From positions 1,736,001 through 1,800,000 of the forward strand of contig JANJGN010000064.1 in assembly GCA_026770705.1 (NCBI GenBank): a stretch of DNA of 64,000 bases, given 5' to 3'. Position numbers and translations under genes: made by a program. How positions within the stretch are numbered: the stretch's first letter is position 1; each line of letters opens with the position of its first letter. Under the pieces are notes generated by a model that was not told the DNA's origin, did not search any database, and saw only the letters and a list, made by a program, of their open reading frames with translations. Source of the DNA: Isurus oxyrinchus (Eukaryota). This document shows positions 51,300 to 62,169 of this stretch, in pieces.

Positions 51300-51828
51300 C
51301 AGTCGGTATTGCACTTGGAACCTTTAAGCATCATTGACCACCGAAGATCATTTCATACTTATGTCCAGCCTTGAGTATCACTTTGATGATATTAATTGTT
51401 GGCTTGTTTTGTATGTCTTACTGCAATGTGTCTATGCGATTAACAAGTGAACAATTCTGCCAACTATTTCTGCACTTGAAAAATCATACGAAGGACCCCT
51501 TTCACCATCTGCTGATGAAGTTGTCCATGGCTTCGATCTGTTGTGGAAATGACATGACCTGTCGATGATGAATTCTGAAGTTGAACGTGATTCTGAAACC
51601 GTCTTCGAATATAACCTATATCTTTGCGCATCCTTTAGCTCGTCTGCTGTTAATCCTGACATGTTCAGCCTGCGTAGACCTTCGTTCACAAATGTAGGCC
51701 AATTTTAATGGCTTGCTTGTCTGGCGCGGGCATTAGAGAAGCAAAGAACAATAGCTAAGTTTAAACTTTTTGAATTCGGCTGGTAGTTCAGCTACATCCG
51801 AATTCAATCTGGAGAATTTTGTGGACAT
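51300..51828 (-). mobile_element. Gypsy/Ty3 LTR retrotransposon gag relic
   Basis: MSTKFSRLNSDVAELPAEFKKFK..DKQAIKIG..NEGLRRLNMSGLTADELKD / IFEDGFRITFNFRIHHRQVMSFPQQ.EAMDNFISR / YDFSSAEIVGRIVHLLIA; includes the gag Q..E..D.F..R motif; frameshifted. Confidence 0.7.
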
Positions 51829-52279
51829 TTTGACAAAGTCCCTTTGACCATCCATCTTCTATGGGACTTGGACTGACTTTCACTGTGGCTGCTTTTGCTG
51901 TCTTTTCCTAAGTTGTGCCAATATAATTGTAGCCTTCTCTGGCCTGATTTTTATGCAGTTTTCTTTATTTTTATTTTCATTCTTTGACTCTCCCTCGCTC
52001 CCTGTCAATCCAATACATGCCCAGGTCAGTCGCCTTTCTTGACTGGCATAATCTGGTGCTGGTTCTCTTCACACCCCCTCCTACTCACTGAACGGACAGG
52101 CCATGCATTGCCATCTAATCATGAAGGATCCGTCAGCTTCCCTGTGCTTCATTTGAACACTATCTGACTCTGCCTTAGACCCTTTTCTGGACAGTCAGCG
52201 CGTTGTTTTCTCAATGCTCTCCGAGCTTCGACTCTTTTTAGGTCTGATAAAAACTCCAAGAGTTGCTTCATGCCATGTA

Positions 52280-53060
52280 GCACAAACTGATATTGTTCAC
52301 CAATCGTATCTGTAGTTAATCCTAATGCCAATCTGTCTGACCATTGCATAACACCATTTTCTGTTGTTATAATGATGGAGGCGCCAAACACCATTCAAAA
52401 AGAGGGTAACTGCTTTGAGATACATTGCCCCAGTCAAGTACATATCGTTAAATATGGTGGGCTGGTGATGAGCATAGCTGCTTTTCAAGCAGTTGGTCTG
52501 CAACAATCGCAGTTTGTTCATTTTACATTTCTGAGTTCAGGAGCTCCAAGCAGTAGTGGATTCTGATGAGATGAGATTTTGTTCTGAAAACACATGCGGC
52601 TCTAATTCAAGCAAAGTGATTTCCAAGGTCCACATTTATAAGGGAGGAACATAGTCATGGAGGGATTTGAAATTGAGAATGAGGATTTTATAATTGAGAC
52701 ATTGGCGGGTCAGGAGCTAGTTTGCTAGGTCAGCAAACGTGGCGGTGTTTGGTACGGTTTCATATATTTAGATGAGGGACACATAAATATTTGTCCACAG
52801 GTAGAACGTTTGAAGGCATCACAGCGTTGCCTTGTTCTGCTCACAGGCAACAGTGAAGCTATGAATGAATTGCACGGATCATTTCCCTTCTAGTAAATCA
52901 TGCTGCTATCCCTCAAAGGCAGATTACAAAACCGATGCACATTTTCCCCTAGAATATGCAGCATTTCAGTCAGATTTCTCAGGATATGCCCTACATCACT
53001 TCGGATAAACCATAAATATGCAAGGAACTGAGCACAGCCTTGAAATTTTCACAGGAAACA
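52280..53060 (-). mobile_element. Zisupton/HMGXB3-like (KDZ) transposase relic, C-terminal part
   Basis: Reconstructed: VLSSLHIYG..HILRNLTEMLHILGENVHRFCNL; LPVSRTRQRCDAFKR; after acceptor ttttcag at 52584: PLLLGAPELRNVK / IVADQLL..SSPAHHI*RYVLDWGN. Motif order matches remembered HP(V)T..R, PEL..N..VAEQL..SP..HI..R. Confidence 0.5.
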
Positions 53061-53089
53061 TTGAGTTGGGAAAGAGGTGAAATATTTAA

Positions 53090-53600
53090 AGAAATCATCT
53101 CAAAAAATTGGAAAATGCGGGAAAGATGAGAGAGAGCTGGAAAAGTGGAGGGGTTTAGGAAGGCAGTCCAGAATTTTAGACCAGGTCAACTGAATACACG
53201 GTTTTCGATGCTGTAGAGATTAAAACCCGGAATGCACAAGATGGCAGAACAGGACGAATCTGGAAGATTTGTTGGGCTGGAAGATGTTGCAGAGAAATTA
53301 AAAGTCATGGAGAGATTTTAAAGTAAGGATGAGGGTTTTTAAATTGTGGCATTTCTGGGGCAGGAGCCAATGTCGGTCAGCAATCACGGGGGTGATTTGA
53401 GAACTGTTCTTGGTTCAGGTGATGTTCCAGGCGGCAGAATTTTGGATGAGCACAGGTATGTGTGGGGTGGAAGATGGGAGGCCGGCCAGGTGAACACTAG
53501 AATAGTCATGTCTAGAGTGAACAAAGGCGTGGATGAGGGTTGCAGCAGCTGAATAGCTGAGGCAGGGTCGCAGTTGGCCGATGTTTAGCATGATCAAGTA
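53090..53600 (-). mobile_element. L2 LINE 3' ORF2 fragment
   Basis: NIGQLRPCLSYSAAATLIHAFVHSRHDYSSVHLAGLPSST....LIQNSAA, canonical L2 C-terminal region. Confidence 0.85.
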
Positions 53601-55495
53601 TTGAGTGTTCATCTGATAACAGCCTGTCAGTCTGCCTAATATCATGCAGTTTTATCAGAGACATTAGCTGTAAAATTGATACAGCGTCAGCCATTATTGT
53701 TCAATATTAGGATTGTTACTGTATCTGTATCTCTGGAACATTATGTCAGTGCAGGACATTTCGTATTTCACTGCAATCAGAATCTGAACAACATGTCCCA
53801 GACTGTGGCCAAGGAGTGAGAGCCTTTAAAGCTGAAATTTGCCCCTTAAGACGCCCTATTGGGATCATTCCCTGCAGGATATTTGCTGTTCATGAACCAT
53901 TAATATCAATAATTCCTGACACTGGGTTCACTGAGAAGGATGAAGAGTCAGTGAACAGTGCGGTGTGTCACAGTTGTTGTGTTCCTGACTCTCCCCCTCC
54001 CGGTAGTTTAGTGAGGACTCAGTCTCCCAGAGAATGTGTTGTCCCCAATTCCGCCCGATTCCCGTCTTTTAACACTGAGTGAACTGACAGCTGTCAGTAA
54101 CTCCAGTATCGGGATCCTGGTGAATTCATTGTGGCTCAGTGTTTAGACAACACAATAACGAACAAGGTTCATAGAAAATATGATAGCTCAGATTCAGGAA
54201 GGGATGAGAATTGTGTGCAATGTGCGCTGTCGACATACTGATTCAGGTTCCTGACCGTTACGGAAAAAGAAATGATACTTCTTAGATTGTGGCTGTTATG
54301 GTCGTATGGCGTACTAGATAAGGCATTTTACTTCACTGTGCCGTGCAAGGTTATCAGAAGGTTGTCGGTTGAAGTGCTGTAATTTGTCCTATGATCATTT
54401 CACGCAGATAAATTTCCGTGCACAGAAGTTCTCGAACACTTTGTGTGTAGAATTCTTTTTCTAATTCTCTCGGTAAAAACTCTGACTGTAACTCTTTGAC
54501 GGTTGCACTGGGTCCTAGATTCCCAGTCAGCGGAAATAGTTTTGAGCTGGTCTTACTTGCTCAAGGTTACAAAGAATTGTATCGAATCGCTCCTGTAATC
54601 ACGAGGAAGGACTTCGGTAAATGGTCAGACAGTGCGTTAAATTTAGGGACTGACTTGTGGTTTGGTGACGGGAATTGAAGAGGGTTACGAGTGAGTTCCA
54701 GAGGCAAACAGATTTACAGAGGAAGAAAACTGAATGATTGGCGAGGAGGGAGAGAGAGGAATATGAATGGCCTTCACCATCTTTCAAATTTTATTCAATG
54801 AAAGATCAAAAGAGAATATAACCTCTGTTCCAAGGAGCTGCTGATAGTGCAGAGAGCAGAAAATAGAGCTGGAATGAGGAGAATCGTCGTGTTCACTGAG
54901 GGACAGGCAATGGGATAAGAAAAAAATGTTGCGAAGAGGCGAGGATGAAAGGCAGGATCCAGAAATGCTGCCGTCAAAAAGCAATGGAAATAAAGGGAAA
55001 ATACGTTTAATAAATTAATATAATGGTGGCAGAGTTTATAATGTAATTTGCTCTGTCATGTTACAGTCACTGTTTACAAGATGCGCGTTTACTACCAGAT
55101 TACTAATGAATTCTGCCTCGTTAGTCTTAACTAAATCGAGTGTGGCCGGTTTCTCTGGGTTTTAAAATGCCTTCTCTCAGCTAGCTGCACTGGTTTCAAA
55201 GTACCAATTCACAAATTTCACTTAAATTCCGATTCAGCCCAGTTTAAGTAAAAGAGCAAGCTTTGGGTGTTCGGACACATAGGGAACGGTCGGCTGACTG
55301 TTGGTGTGAAATGCCTTTCCTCTCAAGGAACACTAATGTTCCGGGATCTGTAAAAGCAGGCTCAGTCCCTGAATCTCCCTGTCGCTGAGACGAAACCTTT
55401 ATCTACATTCCATCAGGAACATCAACCGACGTCAAAGACATTTCCAATTTCGTGTGTTTCTTTTCATGAAGATAATACGACTACGCCTACGCCCA

Positions 55496-55555
55496 CGCCC
55501 CGTCGGGGAATTGAAACCCGGTCTCACGCGTGACAGGCGGGGAAACTAACGAGGA
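55496..55555 (-). pseudogene. tRNA-Asp(GTC) pseudogene with D-arm deletion
   Basis: TCCTCGTTAGT[12 nt missing]TTCCCCGCCTGTCACGCGTGAGACCGGGTTTCAATTCCCCGACGGGGCG. Confidence 0.9.
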
Positions 55556-55849
55556 ATTACTGAACTTTGCTATAGAGTTGAGAAACCTGGGGTTAACTTC
55601 ACTCAGTAACAAATGAAAATGCTGAAGTGGCACAATGTGGGAGTGGAGGGTTGCGGGCTTCCTTCAGTTTTCTCAGAGAGTGGAAGGATGACCGGGTACC
55701 TTATCTGATTGAACTTGCTGTTCATCAATTGCAATCAGGAAATTATGATGCATAATAACCCACAAATTGTTAGATTTGTTGAATGAATGAAATTGAAATG
55801 TCCTCCAATCAGCACATTCACATCGTGAATCATTCCTCTTTTGTGTAGT

Positions 55850-56402
55850 GTCTCGGTTCATCAATGGGAAAATCTGATCGCCATTGAGATCTGAGCATGT
55901 CATATTCACACCAAACTTCCAGGGAAGTTGCCAATCTCGGGAATTGTCATTGAATACACGGCACACGCCTATTCACAATCATGCGCACGACTGACGAAAA
56001 AATGTAAATCCTGCACCTGCAGGGAAAGTCTAGCAGAATTCGGAGACAATGAAAATGTCTTCAATTCGGGTTATCTGTTTTGTTGCAAATCCTGGCAAAA
56101 TAGCATTTCTTCTGACCACAATTTGGGACTTTTAATAATGATAGGGATTTATTTTTACTCTTGAATCATTTCCCGAACAGGAACACAAGGAGGGAAAAAT
56201 ACCCAACTTTTGAAATGAAACGTGAATATATTTGTGTTCACCCTGCAGTGCCGGGGAGATCCCTACCCTTATGCTATCCAGCCTCCAGCTGGGCCGCAGT
56301 CTTGCAATTGTGCAGCAGCTGTTTATTATTCGGTTCAGCTCTGTCTTTCCCGTCACTGGCTCTCCATCCTGTCGATGGTGCTGTCTCATGAACTCCGACA
56401 AG
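55850..56402 (+). mobile_element. Zisupton/HMGXB3-like transposase relic, cysteine-cluster (CxC5-like) region
   Basis: HQWENLIAIEI*ACHI...YTAHAYSQSCARLTKKCKSCTCRESLAEFGDNENVFNSG; then exon ccctgcag|56249-56402|gtaacg with AGEIPT..LAIVQQLF / YYSVQLCLSR. Confidence 0.45.
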
Positions 56403-56429
56403 GTAACGCATTTGCGTATTAAAATCACA

Positions 56430-57000
56430 AGACAGAGACTGTTTGAGTGAAACATTTGGTCGCAGACGAAGTGTTTCGTTCACCAGCCAGCCGCCCCTGA
56501 GAATTACATGCAACATATTTAGTTGCTTTATAAATGCCTGGCTACTGGTTCATATATGCACTCACCCTTGACAGCCTCAATCGCCTTCAAGGGTAAAGGC
56601 CTCCTCCCGTCTGCTGTAGAAGCTTGACCCCTGCAGTTTGCTTTCGGTAGTGCATCGCTAGTGAAGAGTTGATGTACCAGACGGCTTCCAACCAGATTTC
56701 TCTTTTCCAAATTTTTCAGGTTCTTCAATTGTTCAGGCATGTTGCAGCTCCACCTTCTCTTGGCCACGGTTCTGAAATTTGAGCTCCTGATAGTCTAAAG
56801 ACTGCAAATGTGTGTTGCTACTAATGGGATGTGAAAACTGGACATTGTGCTTTCATTTTCTGAAAGAATAGTACTTGTGTCATATCTCCGCTCCCATTCC
56901 CGTTCTTGAATCCTGCCTCCAGGAGGTATCCTTTGTTTGAAAATGGTTTCTTTTTGACCCTGGAGTTATGCAATTTCGACATGCATGAGTGGTTGATTGG
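56430..57000 (-). pseudogene. BEN-domain gene relic with short introns
   Basis: Exon 56801-56566 (ttgcag|...AAG G|gtgagt): EKVELQ / PEQLKNLKNLEKRNLVGSRLVHQLFTSDALPKANCRG....RRPLPLKAIEAVK; next acceptor ttctcag at 56497 with VNET..ATKC; upstream coiled-coil-like LEA/RIQEREWERRY. Confidence 0.6.
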
Positions 57001-57299
57001 CAGTTTCCCCTTGAGGTCTGCCATAATGCTGGGAATGACTGCTGGCCTTTTTGCGAAAGTGGAAAATAAATGTTTCAATGGCGGGGAGTAAATCATCATA
57101 AACAGCGAGTCAAAGCTTGATTGTTGAGATTTGTCATTTAAATTTCCAGTCTGCAGACAAGAATCACTCATTGGATTCTTTAAACATCAAAGTTTTAGGC
57201 TGAGCTAAGCAGGCCACTATATGCCTTACAGAGGGTTGGAACAAAGGGTTTTTACATTATCTGAAATGTGACATCCCTGACAAGGTCGGCATCCACATC

Positions 57300-57580
57300 C
57301 CTTGAGAATGGTTAAGAGTCAACCACATTTCTGCCGGCCATATAGGGTAAGGACAACAGATTTCGACCCTGAAAGAGCAGTTGTAAACGTGATATATTTT
57401 TATAACAATCGATGACAGCTTAATGTGGGTCAACATTATTTAGATTAGATTTACATCCCAGAATTTCTCAAACAATTTTAAATTCGATCAGCTGCCAGGG
57501 TTGGATTTGAACCTTGAGCATTCACTCCTCTGGGTTACTAATCCAGTGCCATGAGCAGAGCATATGGTAATGACTCGCAT
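57300..57580 (-). mobile_element. SacSINE1/DeuSINE-like tRNA-derived SINE
   Basis: gttaagagtcaaccacatt, ggtaaggacaacagattt, cagctgcc..ggttggatttgaacc, gggttactaatccagtg. Confidence 0.7.
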
Positions 57581-57659
57581 TCAAGTACTATAACCAAATT
57601 TTCAGATTACACCAGAAAAGGTTCGAAAGAATGTTGCAATGAATAAATATGAAGTTTAC

Positions 57660-58310
57660 AAAAAAAAAATGGACAGTTTAGGTGAACCGGCCAAAATTTG
57701 GCAGATGGAATTTAACGTTGATAAGTGTGAGGCTGCCCATTTTGGCCGGAAGAATGACAAGGCGACTGATTATTGAAATGGAGAGAACCTTCAGAATGCG
57801 CCAGTTCAGAGGGATCTGGGTGTCCAAATGCATGAAAAGCTGAAAGGTACTTTGCAGGTACAGCAGATAATAAGGGAGGCAAAGGGAATTTTGACATTTA
57901 TTGATACAGGAGTAGAGAATTAACATATGGAAGTATGTTTGCAACTGTGCAAGGCATTGGTTTGACCGCAACTGGAGTACTGTGCACAGTTTAGATCCCC
58001 TCATTTGAGGAACGATATAATTATATTGGAGGTGGTTCATAGCAGATTCACTAGATTGATTTCAGAGTTGCAGAACTTTTCTAATAAGGATAGATTGAGA
58101 AGTCTAGGCCCTTACCCGCTAAAGGTTAGAAGAGTGATAGAAGATCTAATTGAGATATAAAAGATGCTAAAGGGGATAGACAAAGTAGACGTGGAGCAAT
58201 CCAGATCGAGAGGCCATAGTTAAAGGCAAAGGGGTGGTAGATTTAAATCAGATATGTGGAGGAATTACCTTTCTCAAAGGATAGTGGAAGTCACTCCCTC
58301 AGAGTGGACA
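57660..58310 (+). mobile_element. CR1 LINE 3' ORF2 fragment
   Basis: tggcagatggaatttaacgttgataagtgtgagg (WQMEFNVDKCE), cagagggatctgggtgtc (QRDLGV), ctggagtactgtgcacagttt (LEYCAQF). Confidence 0.9.
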
Positions 58311-58329
58311 GGGTGCACATTAATTTAAT

Positions 58330-59200
58330 ACCTCTATTCAATTCCCCTGATCTAAGTAGGACACGTCCAGCTTCTCCAGTCTCTCCATGGAACTGAATTA
58401 TCTTTATCTCTGTCACCGTTCCAGTGAATCTCCTCTGAAATTCTCCTAGACCCTGAAATATTTTCTAATATGTAGTGAGTAGATTTAGGCACATATCCTG
58501 AGCTTATGAATATCCAGTGATGTATGAAACTTCAACATAGCTTATTGCTTTTGTGCTCTCTGCCTTTTAATATAAACTAATGCACCCTCAGTGCATTCTT
58601 AACAATCCTATCAACTTGTTCTCACAGTGATAAAGAAATGTGCACATGTTCTTTCTGTTCCTGCACACTGTTTAAAATTGTAGATTTTAGTTAAAAACGT
58701 CTCTCCTCATTCCTCCTCCCAAATGTATCCTTCACACGCTCCTGAATTAAATTTCCATTCCACGTGTCTCTCCATTTCGCCAATCTCAGTATATGTCCTG
58801 AAGTTTATGACTATGCACGTGAATGCTTACCTTTCCGGATCCCTGTAATCTGCAATTATGGACATACAAAATACTAGGCCATTAGGCTCTTCGAGCCTGC
58901 TCCACTATTCAATAAGATCATGGCTTGTCTGCTTGTTTTTCGAATTCTACATTCTCATCCAACTGCGAAAAAATCTGAATCACTTGCCTAACAAAATCTG
59001 GCTCAAAGTGATTCAGTATCACTGTCTCCATTGCTATTGGCCTTCTGAGGCAAAGATCCAAAGTCGCCGAACACTGAGAGAAACCAAGTCCTCCTTATCA
59101 AGGTCAGAAAATGGAGCCAATTAATTTTAGAACAGTGGCCCCTCGTTCTTGAAATGATGTTTTTCACAAAGAATCCGACAATATTTAGGTCTACCATAAA
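58330..59200 (-). mobile_element. Two CR1 LINE fragments
   Basis: 58330-58850 internal ORF2 piece; 58860-59200 3' end (SRTRGH..KI, tail aggccatt...gagcctgctccactattcaataagatcatggct on +). Confidence 0.7.
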
Positions 59201-59889
59201 GAGCAGTGGTTATCTTACCGAGAGCTAACACACTACTCTACATTCCTCTCCAGTCTGCTTAACTTTTCCCGCTGATAATGCTCTCAACGCTAATTGTGTA
59301 TCCAATCTGTCACTGTCCCTTTAACCTATGAAATACAGTTTTCATAGCAACCCGCTTAAATGGCACTTGGTCACATTTTGTTCATATAGATATAATTATG
59401 TTAACTTCACTGATCAACCCTCTGGTTATTGTGGGAAAAAAAATCTATTATGTTTATCAGCTACGACTTATGATTCACATGCTCGTGTTGTTGGTCATTT
59501 ATGAACCTGTTTATCTGAAAAAGAAACAAGTATTTCTGCTAGGATTATGGTCTGCTGAAATTACCCCACTGATCCCATTATTATGACAGCTCTGTTGTAT
59601 CAGTCTTAATCCCTATTTCCTTTAATATACAGCAAGGGACATTTTCACCCATCAGGGCCTCTGGCACCAATCCCAGAATTGAAATTTAATGGCTAGTGCC
59701 TCCGCTGTTTCCATCATTCCTTCCATCAGCTGCCCTCATACATCCCAGCCAGACCGGGTAAATTTTCTACTTTATTGTTGTATAGAAACGTGCTGGAATG
59801 AAACGAGTTAACTCAACCTGTTTGTTCAGTGATTGTGAGTAATATAAGTCTACGTGGGTGTTAACTGTCACTGGGGTGTTTCCCACTTC

Positions 59890-59895
59890 TATAAA
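59890..59895 (+). promoter_or_regulatory. Candidate TATA box of GPR139-like gene
   Basis: TATAAA about 125 bp upstream of the ATG at 60017. Confidence 0.4.
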
Positions 59896-60016
59896 TAAGG
59901 GACATATTTAAATGCATTATCCCATAGCGTCAGCCGAAGAATCACCTCCAACACCAACAGTGATCAGCGTCAGCAGTGAGAGGGAGAGGGGAGATCAGAA
60001 TCTGAGAAGAACAGGT

Positions 60017-60212
60017 ATGAATGTTCCAACAATGGATCAGAATCTTACAGCAAGAGATTGGAATGTTACAAGAGTGTACAGAAGTTTATCCTTGGCGCTT
60101 TACTCGCTTTCTACATATCATGATGTTTTTTTAATTGGAAATTGCACCTATTACTTCTTTTGGGTTGTTCAAGGAGGTTATTATCTCATCCTGGCTCTTG
60201 TTGGTGTACCTA
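60017..60212 (+). CDS. First coding exon of a GPR139-like GPCR (start at 60017 or 60032)
   Basis: MNVPTMDQNLTARDWNVTRVY...GNCTYYFFWVVQGGYYLILALVGVP then A|gtaaat donor at 60213 (phase 1); N-glycosylation sequons NLT, NVT, NCT; exon 2 not in window. Confidence 0.75.
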
Positions 60213-60419
60213 GTAAATGTCTCTGCCAAGTTATTTATTCTATAAACCACATTTAATTTGATTGCTGTACTTGTATTGTGAATTTTGGAACTATGGGGTA
60301 ATTGTCTTCAATTTCAGTCAGAAACTTCGCTCCCTATACTCTGAATCTGAGACTGAACAAACTTGTCCAGAGCATGTGTGATCCCTTTGACGCTGAGATG
60401 ATTAGTTGCCGCATATTCT

Positions 60420-60730
60420 CTCCACTCTCAATCCTTCCCACTACCTTCTCCATAATATAATCTCTCACCATCTCCGCTTCAGCCCACCTGCTGAATAAAC
60501 CCTCACCTGTGTCTGAAGCCAGAATCGACTATCCCTGTGTTATCCTCCCACTTACAACCCTTCATATGACCTAACAAAACCAAATTACCTTTTGCATATC
60601 CTAAATCACACCATATCCGTTTCACCCAGCACTTCTGTTCTCACTGACTTACTTTGCTTCCTGGTCTCGTATCACCTCACTAATAATATTTTCATTCTTA
60701 TGATATGATCACTCCATGCCTAACTCCTGT
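60420..60730 (+). mobile_element. L2 LINE fragment
   Basis: tcagcccacctgctgaataaaccctcacc..ccagaatcgactat..cacccagcacttctgttctcactgacttac; homologous to 53090-53600. Confidence 0.6.
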
Positions 60731-62169
60731 GACTAAAGAAATCCCTCTGTTAGTTTTGCATATTCTTGCAAATTGCTCAGCTGAAGTTAGAGTCAATATA
60801 ATTTCAACATGATTATAATTCACGCTATATCTCCCCATGGCCATGATTCTGGTCTTTGTAGATGGTCACAGTCACTTGTGCCAGATTTCTGAAGCTCAAA
60901 CAATTAAATGCTGCGGGATGCGCTGTGATTGACTTCCCAGCATCTCCCAAATGGTGCTCCATGTTGGACAGACGGTTTCAGCAGCTTTGATACATGGATC
61001 TTGGATTGTACCTGGCCATTGAATGTCTGCGTTATTCACTCTCAGCTGAACATTTTTCCTGCAACACAGTGAACCAGCACTAGTGCTATCTTAAAGGACG
61101 AGGCACAAAACCTACAGCTGTGGGGAGTTTGACCGAATTTTTTAATTGAAAATATCATGGAAGTGTTATTGATGGTTTTCTCTAGCTCACTCTGTAGTGA
61201 GCTGCTGCGTACGTCATGGAAGAACAATGTGTTTGCCAACCGAACTTTGGAAGGGCTAAGGGGATAGTAGTTAAAGGGCACCTGAGACTGCAACATGACC
61301 AACAAATGGAGAGGGGAAATGCTGTAAAAAATGGAGGAGGGGGCGGTTGTGCCCATCTAACCCCAGTTTTTCAAGAACACTTTACCAACCTCCACCTAAC
61401 ACAGGAGAAAAGCGTGAGGGAAACCTGACTCAACAAGGAAGTTTTCAAGGAGCTTTTCCATCCTCTTAAATAGAAGTGCAAACCTCATACCAGGGTGAGG
61501 AAGGTGCTGTGAAATGCCGTTAACGTCACAGCTTCATTGAACTTCGATGGATTGGGAAATTAACTGCAAGTGATCTCAATCGATCTGCCCAGCAGGTGAC
61601 GAAGACCATCCATGCGAGGTGAGATGAATACGTAGTTTTTTTTTCACTCAACACGGAGAAGCAGAATTATAATTTCCATGGTTTTCCCAGCATAGCAGGA
61701 TCCCGATGCTGCATAATGCTCTGCAGAGTCCCCTTGCCAAATTAGAGACATACAGGAACAGCAAAAACTCTTACCCCATTAACGTACAATTCCTGTGTTC
61801 CCATGTAGAGTACATGTTGGTGAATGTTCGCTAAAGCAACAATAGCCCCGAAACCCCCATTCTGAACCATTCAGTCATTCCCTCCATCTTCTGATCTTAA
61901 CTGAATCGTAGCTTCTCGGAGATGAATTCTGCCACCTCGGAACGTAATTTAAAACACCTACACCCTCATCAATCGACATTGCCAAAGCAACAATCTGAAA
62001 ATAACACATGTCTAGAGATAACAACTATCAGTGTGATGAATCAATGCTTCTGATTCCTGAACCACCGAGTGTCACCACCACCCCCCCCCCCCCCCCCCTC
62101 CACCCACTGCCCACTCCAGTGCACGCTGGAGCAGATACTGAAGTTAATGGAGTTCGGCTGCACTCTTCA

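Noticed and set aside
52562-52590. CTGATGA...GAAA hammerhead-like words
   Set aside because: No stem I or II pairing; overlaps a putative transposase exon on the other strand
59912-60016. Upstream in-frame extension of the GPCR exon-1 ORF from ATG 59912
   Set aside because: The ATG is only about 20 nt after the candidate TATA box, probably at or before the transcription start; the paralogue begins at MDQN
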